Source: an uncultured cyanobacterium (GTDB lineage: Bacteria; Cyanobacteriota; Cyanobacteriia; Cyanobacteriales; CAWCAG01). Taken from it: a stretch of DNA of 64,000 nucleotides. The stretch is taken from contig CAWCAG010000005.1 in assembly GCA_963793425.1 (NCBI GenBank), forward strand, positions 1,216,001 to 1,280,000. Reading direction: 5' to 3'. The translations under genes were made by a program, and so were the position numbers. Below the pieces are notes generated by a model. That model was not told where the DNA came from. It ran no database searches and was given only the letters and a program-made list of their open reading frames with translations. Shown in pieces: positions 48,938 to 57,725 of this stretch (positions within the stretch are counted from its first letter, which is position 1; every line of letters begins with the position of its first letter).

Positions 48938-50332
48938 TTAATAACCACGCCAAGGACTAATCTGTACGACACCATTGGTAGTGAAGACAACCTTAAATTG
49001 ACCTAATTCCTCTTTAGGAACTAAACTTTCTCCTCTTTTTGTACCAATACCCGCCGCTTTTGGTTTGGTGAGTTTGGGTAAAGGAGTTTCATCAGCAAAA
49101 TCCCAAGCCGATTGATTCTCTGCTTCATAATGGGCAATAACCCCATCTTCTGTGACACCAACACGGTAAACTAAATCCCTAGAAAAAGAAGGTTCAGCTT
49201 CTGACCAAGCATCAGTAATTGTTTCTTTCACTTCAGGAACTAAGCTTCTTAAAGTATCTTTGTCAGTAATTTCTGGCCCAAAACTAAGTTCTTCTTCTAC
49301 ACCATCCCAAGAACTAATTTGCAAGATGCCATTATCAGTGAAGACAACCCGAAATTCAGCAATTTCTTCTTTGTTAGCAATAGTGTCAGAGGTAGGAGTA
49401 TAAATTAAATCCGGTAGAGGTGTTTGCTTCGCTGCCTGCTTAGAAGTGCCTTCCACAGGTTCAAAAGCAACAATGGAACCATCTTGAGTCGCAGAAACAC
49501 GATATTCTAAATTTCTATCAACCTCGTCACGGTCTTCCCAATCTTCGTATATATCTTTATATAATTTATCTTGGATATAGCCTATTTCCGTAGCATCGGT
49601 TATGGGTTTCGCTTCAGAAAGTAATGCTTCAATTTCTTCTGAATCTAATTCCTCGCTGCTTTTTGTTTCCGGAGGAGATTCTTCTGTGGCAACTTCAGCA
49701 GTCTCCGTAGTCTCAGCAGTTTCTTCTTCAGTCTGGGATTGTTTAACCGGTTCTGGTTCTGTTACTTTCGGTATGGGAGTAAAGAATAAAGCTGCTGCGG
49801 CTAAAGCGAAACTACCCACACCAACTGCTAGGGGGGCTGTCCTTTGGGTTAAAGGTTCGTCAGCTTTGCGATAGCGCCTGCTGATAGGCTGTAGTTGTAA
49901 AGATAAGTCTGGTAAAGTGCTACTATCATTTAAAAACTGGTCTACAGCTTCGACCAAATCAAAAAACTGAACATTATTAAGGTCAATTTGGATTGGTTGC
50001 GCTTCAGGATGTTCTTGCCAAGTTAAGCGATGAAGAGTACTATCTTGAGCTTTTTCTAAATGGACAGAATCTTGGGAAGTATCAGGCGTTTGAGGATGTC
50101 TGATGCCGCTAAGCAATTCTTGGGCATAGGCACTAACTGATTTAACCAAATTTTCGAGAAAATCTCGACCTCCGGTTAAGGTATAGGGAGAGTGAGAAAA
50201 ACGACACTCAGCATTGGTCGCAATCGAAATTAACGGTCTGCTATTAAACTGCCCTGTGGGGTTAATCTCGTTACTTAATCCTTCTAAAACCAAAGTACAG
50301 TTAGGCAAACTGTACTGCCGCTTAATTGTCAT
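48938..50332 (-). CDS. DUF4335-like membrane protein
   Basis: RQYSLPNCTLVLEG N-terminus, FDLVEAVDQF motif, one TM segment and a duplicated C-terminal domain. Confidence 0.78.
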   Translation of the reverse strand: MTIKRQYSLPNCTLVLEGLSNEINPTGQFNSRPLISIATNAECRFSHSPYTLTGGRDFLENLVKSVSAYAQELLSGIRHPQTPDTSQDSVHLEKAQDSTLHRLTWQEHPEAQPIQIDLNNVQFFDLVEAVDQFLNDSSTLPDLSLQLQPISRRYRKADEPLTQRTAPLAVGVGSFALAAAALFFTPIPKVTEPEPVKQSQTEEETAETTETAEVATEESPPETKSSEELDSEEIEALLSEAKPITDATEIGYIQDKLYKDIYEDWEDRDEVDRNLEYRVSATQDGSIVAFEPVEGTSKQAAKQTPLPDLIYTPTSDTIANKEEIAEFRVVFTDNGILQISSWDGVEEELSFGPEITDKDTLRSLVPEVKETITDAWSEAEPSFSRDLVYRVGVTEDGVIAHYEAENQSAWDFADETPLPKLTKPKAAGIGTKRGESLVPKEELGQFKVVFTTNGVVQISPWRGY

Positions 50333-50955
50333 GCCACCTCTCCATCAAACAAACTAGTCCAGAATCGCTGCATCCCAGAAGTTCCCGTACAGAACAGCAA
50401 TTGATTCAACAAAGAAAGAGCCAATTCGTTTAAATTCTCTTCTGAGGAAGTGTAGGCTGCTACTTTAGCACGTCGGGGATTCATACGGCTACGGAAGTGG
50501 GCTCGAAAACGTTCTAAATATTCTGATAACCGAAAGTGCTGTTCTAAGGGTAGACCCTTTTCTTGCATTTGTTGTTGCGCCATAACTAACTGGCGAACCA
50601 ATACAGTCAAGTTTTTGGCCCGATAGCTGGCGATTACTACCAAAGCTTTGGCTTCTTCTAAGCTTAAAGGTTGTCGTATATGGGAACGTCGCCAGGGATT
50701 AGTACAGCGTAAACGCCAGAAGACAACTCGGCTTTTAATAATCCCCTGAAGTTCAAGTTCTTTAGCTGTAGCTAACATTTTTTCCGATCCTCCTAATTCT
50801 AAGGCTTCAAGAGCAAGGAGGAGCAAATCTATGTGCCGTTTAACTTTAGGAGAACATCTCTGTTCGGAAATAAAAATATCTGGTAAATTGTCCAGAATCA
50901 GTGGCTGCTGTTCTTGAGGACTATAATCGGGCATTACGCTTACGGAATGGGTCAT
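50329..50955 (-). CDS. DUF3038-like cyanobacterial protein
   Basis: IDLLLLALEAL...WRLRCTNPWRR...LLFCTGTSGMQRFW; 4-bp overlap with the downstream gene. Confidence 0.78.
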   Translation of the reverse strand: MTHSVSVMPDYSPQEQQPLILDNLPDIFISEQRCSPKVKRHIDLLLLALEALELGGSEKMLATAKELELQGIIKSRVVFWRLRCTNPWRRSHIRQPLSLEEAKALVVIASYRAKNLTVLVRQLVMAQQQMQEKGLPLEQHFRLSEYLERFRAHFRSRMNPRRAKVAAYTSSEENLNELALSLLNQLLFCTGTSGMQRFWTSLFDGEVA

Positions 50956-51202
50956 TCTTTTATCAGTTATCAATGATGTCTAACGACAACGGCAAAGCCG
51001 TACAGTTATCAGTTATTGGTTATCAGTTATTATGTGAAACTGGGCAAGGGGAAGTCATACAGTTATCAGTTTAGCCTGGGGTAACAGAGCTTACCTTTAT
51101 ATTCGGATAAATGGTTGTCGCCCTTATGTTTATATTTCACCCTAGAATTGCTATAGATATATCAGTTAGTAATCCTTAACGAAAATTAGCTTGCTTCAAA
51201 AT

Positions 51203-51721
51203 ATGGATCTTAAATCTTTAATTCGCAACATACCAGATTTTCCTAAACCAGGAATCGTCTTTCGGGATATTACTACTGTTTTGAATAATCCAGAAGGATT
51301 GCGTTATTGTATTGATGCTTTGGTACATAAGATTAATGAAGCAGGTTTAAAGCCGGATTATATTATTGGTATGGAATCTAGGGGGTTTATTTTTGGTCCT
51401 CCTCTAGCCTATCAGCTAGGGATTGGTTTTATTCCGGTACGTAAACCAGGTAAATTACCGGCTGCTGTTCATCGGGTGGAATACGAATTAGAGTATGGTA
51501 GCGATACCCTGGAAATGCACCAAGACGCTTTTGAGGCTGGAGCTAAAATTTTGGTAGTAGATGACCTCATCGCTACAGGAGGGACTGCTAAAGCGACAGC
51601 AGAGTTAATAGAAAATAGCGATGGCCAATTGCTTGCTTTCGCTTTTATCATTGAGTTAGTTGCTTTAGAAGGTCGTAAGCTTTTGCCAGATGTACCGGTT
51701 GTTAATTTGGTGGAATATTAA
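51203..51721 (+). CDS. apt: Adenine phosphoribosyltransferase
   Basis: [22 protein letters not shown] and [10 protein letters not shown] motifs. Confidence 0.97.
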   Translation: MDLKSLIRNIPDFPKPGIVFRDITTVLNNPEGLRYCIDALVHKINEAGLKPDYIIGMESRGFIFGPPLAYQLGIGFIPVRKPGKLPAAVHRVEYELEYGSDTLEMHQDAFEAGAKILVVDDLIATGGTAKATAELIENSDGQLLAFAFIIELVALEGRKLLPDVPVVNLVEY

Positions 51722-51784
51722 AATTAAGTAATAAGTAATAAGTAATAAGTAATAAGTTCTCTACTTTTGGCTTGATCTTGCTAT

Positions 51785-52828
51785 ATGACTACTAATAAAA
51801 TAACCAGTTACCAGCCAAATTTTTTCCAAACTTTTTTGGGTAATGAAACATTTCTTTATGTAATTAAACGCTTGGGTCAAGCAATTCTTACTTTGCTGTT
51901 AGCTTCGATGCTTTGTTTCACAATTATTCAATTTGCCCCTGGTGACTATGTAAGTACATTACAACAAAATCCCCAAATTTCCCCGGAACGCATTGAAGAA
52001 TTAAGGAAGCAATTTGGTTTGGATCAATCAGCAATTGTCCAGTATTGGAAATGGTTAGTTAGAGTGGTGACACAAGGAGATTTTGGTACTAGTTTCGTCT
52101 CTTTTCGTTCTGTATCTTCTCTACTTTTAGAGCGCATACCTGCCACTCTTCTATTAGCATTTTCTTCTATTTTAGTTACTTGGACAATTGCCATTCCTTT
52201 AGGAATTTTTAGTGCAGTCAACCAAAATCGTTTTAGTGACAGAGTTTTGCGTTTCTTGAGCTATTTAGGCAACGGGTTTCCTAGTTTCATTACAGCTTTA
52301 ATTCTTCTGGTTATGGCTCAATATCTCTCTCCTTTGTTTCCAGTCGGAGGCATGACTAGCATCAATTATGCAGATTTATCACCTTTGGGTAAAATGTTGG
52401 ATATTGGCTGGCATTTAATTTTACCAACCATCGCTTTAAGTATTACTAGTTTTGCCTCTCTACAAAGGTTAATGAGGGGAGAATTATTAGATGTCTTGCG
52501 CCAAGATTATATTCAAACGGCCCGCGCTAAAGGATTGCCAGAAAATAAAGTTGTTTATATTCATGCCCTGCGTAATGCTATTAATCCCTTGATTACTCTA
52601 TTAGGATTTGAATTTGCCACCTTACTTAGTGGTGCTTTTATTACTGAATTCTTTTTTAATTGGCCTGGTTTAGGTAGACTAATTTTACAAGCTGTAACTG
52701 CTCAAGATATTTATTTAGTAATGGCAAGTTTGATGATGGGAGCTTTTATGCTCATTGCTGGTAACTTATTAGCAGATTTGCTTCTCAAAGCCGTAGATCC
52801 TCGCATTAAGCTAGAAAATCTTAAATAG
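51785..52828 (+). CDS. Peptide/nickel ABC transporter permease (OppB/DppB-like)
   Basis: EAA-loop region DYIQTARAKGL...HALRNA and FNWPGLG. Confidence 0.9.
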   Translation: MTTNKITSYQPNFFQTFLGNETFLYVIKRLGQAILTLLLASMLCFTIIQFAPGDYVSTLQQNPQISPERIEELRKQFGLDQSAIVQYWKWLVRVVTQGDFGTSFVSFRSVSSLLLERIPATLLLAFSSILVTWTIAIPLGIFSAVNQNRFSDRVLRFLSYLGNGFPSFITALILLVMAQYLSPLFPVGGMTSINYADLSPLGKMLDIGWHLILPTIALSITSFASLQRLMRGELLDVLRQDYIQTARAKGLPENKVVYIHALRNAINPLITLLGFEFATLLSGAFITEFFFNWPGLGRLILQAVTAQDIYLVMASLMMGAFMLIAGNLLADLLLKAVDPRIKLENLK

Positions 52829-52834
52829 GTATTT

Positions 52835-52917
52835 GCTAATGGCTAATGGCTAATGGCTAATCGCTAATGGCTAATCGCTAATCGCTAATCGCTAGTTGCT
52901 AATCGCTAATCGCTAAT
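52835..52917 (+). repeat. STRR heptamer array GCTAAT(G/C)
   Basis: About 12 tandem, partly degenerate copies. Confidence 0.85.
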
Positions 52918-53007
52918 TCAGATGTAGCAAAGAAATACAAAAATCTTTCTGCCTATTGACTATTGACTATTGACTACTCCCTATTCCCTATTCCCTATTC
53001 CCCAAAA

Positions 53008-53301
53008 ATGATAAACGATCATAGTTATTTAATTCGTTCTCAAGCAGATGGTAAATATTTAGTTGCTCGTCCTCAAGTTGAACAAAATCAAGAGCAAACA
53101 GGTTATTTACTAATCTTTCGTGAACGTTTTGAAGCTCTTAGTTATCTTAATACCCATGCCCAGGAAGTTGCTAATCGTTTTGCGGTGGAATCTGTTTCGG
53201 GAACTCAACTTAAAAATTTGTTGCAACGTTGGGGATTTAAGGGTATTGGTTTAGTAAAAGATCCTTTACTGCCAAAAATAGAATTTTTAACCCACAATTG
53301 A
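53008..53301 (+). CDS. Conserved cyanobacterial hypothetical protein
   Basis: YLIRSQADGKYL...ALSYLNTHA...QRWGFKGIGLVKDPL; ATG at 53008 (the upstream extension is repeat DNA). Confidence 0.75.
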   Translation: MINDHSYLIRSQADGKYLVARPQVEQNQEQTGYLLIFRERFEALSYLNTHAQEVANRFAVESVSGTQLKNLLQRWGFKGIGLVKDPLLPKIEFLTHN

Positions 53302-53382
53302 TGAAGTTAAAAACTATACGGACTAATGATAATTGTTTAATGGTAAATAGTAAATGAGATCAAGCACTTTCAGTTAATAACT

Positions 53383-53931
53383 ATGTCTGAACTTACTTTA
53401 AGCTGGCAAGAAGGAAACCAAACTCGAACTATAAATATTCAAGAAAATCAGCCCAGCAAAAATCCAGGAACTGTTCGCATTGGGCGTAATCCTGGCCGTT
53501 GTGACCTTGTTTTGACCAATCCTACTGTATCTGGATTGCACGTAGAGATATTTTTTGACGCTAACCAAAAGCAATTTTTATTAAGAAACCTAAGACAATC
53601 TAATCCTCCTTTTGTCGATGGAAAAAGAATCATTCAAGGAGAAGCAAAACTTAGTCAAGGTAGCGTGATTATTTTAGGGCAACTCTCCCTCAATGTTGTA
53701 CAAATGATTATAGATTTACCTAGTAACAATATTCCCCAAACAGTGATTGTTCCTCCTCAAGTCCAGCCAGCTTCTCAACCTGTTCATAATCCTGCTTTGA
53801 ATACCGATAACTATGGATTAGAATGTCCTCATTGCCGTCGCATTTCCTCCTACGAAAGAATAGATTTTGGCTGTCAGTGGTGCGGCACTTCTTTAGCTGG
53901 GGCAGCAAGTGTTTTAGTTCCTAAAAGCTAA
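53383..53931 (+). CDS. FHA-domain protein with C-terminal zinc ribbon
   Basis: IGR...VSGLH...N FHA motif; CPHC...CQWCG. Confidence 0.85.
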   Translation: MSELTLSWQEGNQTRTINIQENQPSKNPGTVRIGRNPGRCDLVLTNPTVSGLHVEIFFDANQKQFLLRNLRQSNPPFVDGKRIIQGEAKLSQGSVIILGQLSLNVVQMIIDLPSNNIPQTVIVPPQVQPASQPVHNPALNTDNYGLECPHCRRISSYERIDFGCQWCGTSLAGAASVLVPKS

Positions 53932-53957
53932 CCCTATTTCCTTACTTAAAAATTCTT

Positions 53958-54293
53958 ATGCAAATTCAATTAAGTTGGCAAGAACCCTCTACGGGAAAGA
54001 AGCGATCGCCAATTTTAAGCGTACCTATTGCTTTGGGGCGAGAATTTGGTGATATGCCAAAAGAAATTGCGGGAAAGCAAGTTTCTCGTATGGTATTAAA
54101 AGATTCCCAAGTATCTCGATTTCATGCCTTAATCACTTGGGAGAATAGTAGTTTTGTCGTTACTGATCAAACTAGTCGCAACGGCGTTTTAATTAATGGG
54201 CAAGCGAAAAATCGTAGTGTTTTGGCCAACGGAGATGTCTTATTTATTGATCCCTACGAAATTACTATTTCATTAGGGGTTGCTAATGGCTAA
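53958..54293 (+). CDS. Stand-alone FHA-domain protein
   Basis: LGR...VSRFHA...SRNGVLING. Confidence 0.8.
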   Translation: MQIQLSWQEPSTGKKRSPILSVPIALGREFGDMPKEIAGKQVSRMVLKDSQVSRFHALITWENSSFVVTDQTSRNGVLINGQAKNRSVLANGDVLFIDPYEITISLGVANG

Positions 54294-54362
54294 TGGCTAA
54301 TGGCTAATGGCTAATGGCTAATGGCTAATGGCTAATCGCTAGTTGCTAGTTACTAATGGCTA
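54282..54362 (+). repeat. STRR heptamer array (GCTAATG)x7 plus degenerate copies
   Basis: Tandem copies that overlap the stop codon of the small FHA gene. Confidence 0.9.
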
Positions 54363-54416
54363 CACTTAAAATATAGGAAATTCTCTAAATGACAAATGTT
54401 TAATGTTTAATGATAA

Positions 54417-56399
54417 ATGATTTCTTCCCCTTTACAAATAAAATTAAGCTGGGCAGATCCGGCAACTGGAGAATTGCGAGAACCAGTGTTGCAACTTCCC
54501 ATTGCCTTGGGGCGGGAATTCCCGCGAATGCCTGCTAATTTTGGTAACCAGAGGGTTTCTCGCTTAGTACTAAATAGTTTTGAAGTTTCTCGCTACCACA
54601 TCCTTCTTGCCTGGGAAAACGGTGGTTTGGTAGTAAAAGACCAAAAGAGTCGTAATGGTATCTTTGTCAATGGCCAACCTCAAAAACAGGCTACTTTAGC
54701 CAATGGGGACACCATCCAAGTTGGTCCCTATGAAATCACAATTATTCTCTCAGTGGGGGCAACTGCACCTCCTCCTTCCCCAGGGCGAGATTCTCAAATT
54801 GTTTTCAATCCCACCACTAATGTACTCGACCCTCAACAGCAGTCATTAGCACCGCCAACTCCAGCCCCCAGAAGCTTTCCTCCATTCGCTTTTCAAAGTG
54901 AAATCGTTGAACTCCAAGACCTCCATGCTACAGGCTTACCAGTAGATGAGATAGATTACTTAACTATTGGTGCAGGAATGGGGAGTTTTGTTTGGGTAGA
55001 TTTCTTACGCATCTACGGAGTTAAACCCCAGCAAATTATTGCTTTAGGAGTTGATCCCATTCCCTACGGGCGCTACAAACAACTTTGCCTCAACTCCCAA
55101 ATTCCCCTCCGAGAAAGATTACGGTCTAATTCTGATTCTTGTCCTGATAATATTTGGGGTTGGCCTAGTTATGCCTTCCGAGAAGCATGGCATGAGTTCC
55201 AGAAAGGAAAATTAACTAATTCTTTAAGATATTTGTGGCAGGTTTTTAGTGAACCAACTTTCATTGAAACCTACACCCCTAAAGCGGAAAATGTCTTTGA
55301 TTCTGTAGACAGGGAACAACAACGCATCGGTTGGCAACAAATATTCCGTTATGGTAGCGCCCGTAGCATTCGCCAAACTAGTGATGGTAGATATGTAGTT
55401 GCCTATTCTCGAACAACCAGTGCAGGGCGGGAAAGAGCTTTTTTAGTGGCCCGTTATCTCCATTTAGCTATCGGTTATCCTGCCATTACATTTCTCCCTG
55501 ACTTACAAGCATACAGGGAAAGAACCAAAGATTTTCAATCAGTGGTTAATGCCTACGAGGCCCATGATTATGTTTATGAACATCTAGAAAAAGTTGGCGG
55601 TACGGTAGTGATTCGGGGGCGGGGAATCGTTGCTTCGCGGATTATTCAGCGAGTTTATGAAGCAAGAAAAAAAAATCCCCACATTCGCCTCATCAACTTA
55701 ATGCGTTCCCCCAAACCCGTAGGGCAGAAATTTCGTAAAACCCGCAGACTTGTAGAAAATCATCTCGAATTTCAACCCTTTAACTGGCCCAAAGCTTGTT
55801 GGGGAGGAGATTTACGCTTTGAGTTAGAAAAAGCAAGTCCAGAACAACGCAAAAGATTAATTGCCGACTGGGGAGGGACTACCACCGCAGATCGTCGTGA
55901 TTGGCAGAAAATTGTTAGAGAAGGTTTAAATCAGGGTTGGTACAGAATCGAATTTGGTGAGGTAAAAAGGGTAGAAAAGGAAGCTGAAGGAATTATCACT
56001 TATATTCAAGAGAAGAATATGAAAGGAGAAGTCCGCTTACAAGCTGATTTTATCATTGATGCCACAGGGCTTGATGCTGATGTTAGTGCTAGTCCTCTCC
56101 TTGATGATCTGATCAACCGCTATCAACTTCCCCTCAACTACCTCAAACGCCTTTGCGTAAGCAATGATTTTGAGTTGGTAGAAATGCGAACTACCAAGGG
56201 AAGAATGTATGCAGCAGGTGCAGCTACTTTGGGAGGGCCATACGCGGCCGTTGATAGCTTTTTGGGTTTACAATACACAGCTTTGCGGGTTGTAGACCAT
56301 TTAGCCTCCAATCGCGCCCCAGGGTTAACTCCTTTGAACCCTCTTAGTTCATTTTTCCAATGGTTAAAATGGACAGCTAATAATTCTCCCACTTCCTGA
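54417..56399 (+). CDS. FHA domain fused to an FAD/NAD(P)-binding oxidoreductase
   Basis: FHA motifs (LGR, VSRYH, SRNG), Pro-rich linker, Rossmann-like IGAGMGS and IRGRGIVAS, and IDATG. Confidence 0.8.
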   Translation: MISSPLQIKLSWADPATGELREPVLQLPIALGREFPRMPANFGNQRVSRLVLNSFEVSRYHILLAWENGGLVVKDQKSRNGIFVNGQPQKQATLANGDTIQVGPYEITIILSVGATAPPPSPGRDSQIVFNPTTNVLDPQQQSLAPPTPAPRSFPPFAFQSEIVELQDLHATGLPVDEIDYLTIGAGMGSFVWVDFLRIYGVKPQQIIALGVDPIPYGRYKQLCLNSQIPLRERLRSNSDSCPDNIWGWPSYAFREAWHEFQKGKLTNSLRYLWQVFSEPTFIETYTPKAENVFDSVDREQQRIGWQQIFRYGSARSIRQTSDGRYVVAYSRTTSAGRERAFLVARYLHLAIGYPAITFLPDLQAYRERTKDFQSVVNAYEAHDYVYEHLEKVGGTVVIRGRGIVASRIIQRVYEARKKNPHIRLINLMRSPKPVGQKFRKTRRLVENHLEFQPFNWPKACWGGDLRFELEKASPEQRKRLIADWGGTTTADRRDWQKIVREGLNQGWYRIEFGEVKRVEKEAEGIITYIQEKNMKGEVRLQADFIIDATGLDADVSASPLLDDLINRYQLPLNYLKRLCVSNDFELVEMRTTKGRMYAAGAATLGGPYAAVDSFLGLQYTALRVVDHLASNRAPGLTPLNPLSSFFQWLKWTANNSPTS

Positions 56400-56548
56400 A
56401 AACATTAAGACATGACCAACTCGGTAATAAGAAGCAGAGGAATTCCTGACCAATTAGCTTAACCATGATATATAGTTGTATCCGGGTGCATAATCAAAGT
56501 TGCCAGCAGACGAAACGACTGAGCGCTTTTTCATTCCAAATGACAAAT

Positions 56549-56686
56549 AATACCAAATCCGGCTCAGAGAGTGCCTTTATAAAATCACCGGATAAATGTC
56601 TCAAACCCTACTGCCTGCTCCCCGCTCCCTGCTCCCTGCTCCCTATCCTCACAGATAAGTCATGTAACCCATCAGGATTTGGGATA
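56549..56686. mobile_element. MITE-like element carrying CTGCTCC heptamer repeats
   Basis: Imperfect termini ATACCAAATCC / GGATTTGGGAT. Confidence 0.5.
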
Positions 56687-56802
56687 ATAATTGTCTCTTT
56701 CCACCCCTTGTATTTAGACAGCAAGTAAAAGCGGCAGTAGGTTAGGAATTATCAGGATAGATCAGCACATAAAATTAATAACTAAATTAATGGAGGTAGA
56801 AA

Positions 56803-57402
56803 ATGAATGAGATTAGTAAAAATGAGATGCGAGAAAGACTCGGTAACATCGATCAAATTCGCGACTTGTTGTTTGGTAGCAAAGAAGAAGAATTTTCTGG
56901 AAGATTTAACCAGTTAGATTCAGAGTTGGCTAGCTTCAAGCAAGAAATGCGCGAACAGTTATCAGAGATACAATCATCTTTATCCGAAAAGCTACAAGAT
57001 TCCGTTAATTCCCTAGAGAAGAAAATTAAGTACTTAGGATTAACTACCCACGAAGAAATTAATAAAATAATTCAAGATAGCGCAAGAAGAGAAAGAACAA
57101 CAACCAGAGATATAGACAACCTTAGTCAAGATTTTAAAGTTAAAACCGATACTATTAGGGAGGAAATTTCTCAAAATAAAGAAAAGCTGCAAGAAGATAT
57201 TTACAGCTTTAAGAACCAGATTATTGGTAAGCTTGAAGCAGAACTAGATGCTTTGAAAGATGTTAAAGTTTCGCGGGATGACTTAGCCGAGGTGTTGTTT
57301 GAGCTTTGTATCAAAATTAAAGGAGCAGATTTCGTTCCCGATTTAAAGGAGGCTTCAGATAATAACGTCCAAGCAGATTTTCTTTTGCCAGAACAACAAT
57401 AA
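56803..57402 (+). CDS. All-helical coiled-coil (apolipoprotein-like) protein
   Basis: GGAGG RBS; LGNIDQIRDLLFG...KVSRDDLAEVLFEL; heptad pattern. Confidence 0.8.
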   Translation: MNEISKNEMRERLGNIDQIRDLLFGSKEEEFSGRFNQLDSELASFKQEMREQLSEIQSSLSEKLQDSVNSLEKKIKYLGLTTHEEINKIIQDSARRERTTTRDIDNLSQDFKVKTDTIREEISQNKEKLQEDIYSFKNQIIGKLEAELDALKDVKVSRDDLAEVLFELCIKIKGADFVPDLKEASDNNVQADFLLPEQQ

Positions 57403-57725
57403 AGTTCTTTTAAGGTTAAGGAATGTTACTCAAAATCAGTAAATGTTTTAAATGCCGCCGTAGTCTCTAATGATGCACCAGGGTAAAGACTTTAAACGAG
57501 ATTAGTGAATACATTTACTATGGTAGTTAAGTATAATTGAGCAAAACTATACTTAACTACCAAAAATAGCTGGTTGGCGATCACAAACTCCTTTAAACCG
57601 AGCAGACTGGACTTAAGAGCTTGGGGTATCTTAATTGTTTATAAGTCTCATGCTAAAGGTGACAGACTAGTCTTTCGCAGCCTGAAGAGAGAAAATGAAT
57701 AATTGAGCATATTGGATGGCAGCTT

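Noticed and set aside
52835..54362. Tandem repeats as a possible CRISPR array
   Set aside because: They are contiguous 7-mers without spacers, and no cas genes are present.
56465..56728. 87-aa ORF
   Set aside because: It spans the MITE-like element and heptamer repeats (LLPAPCSLLP), so it is likely spurious.
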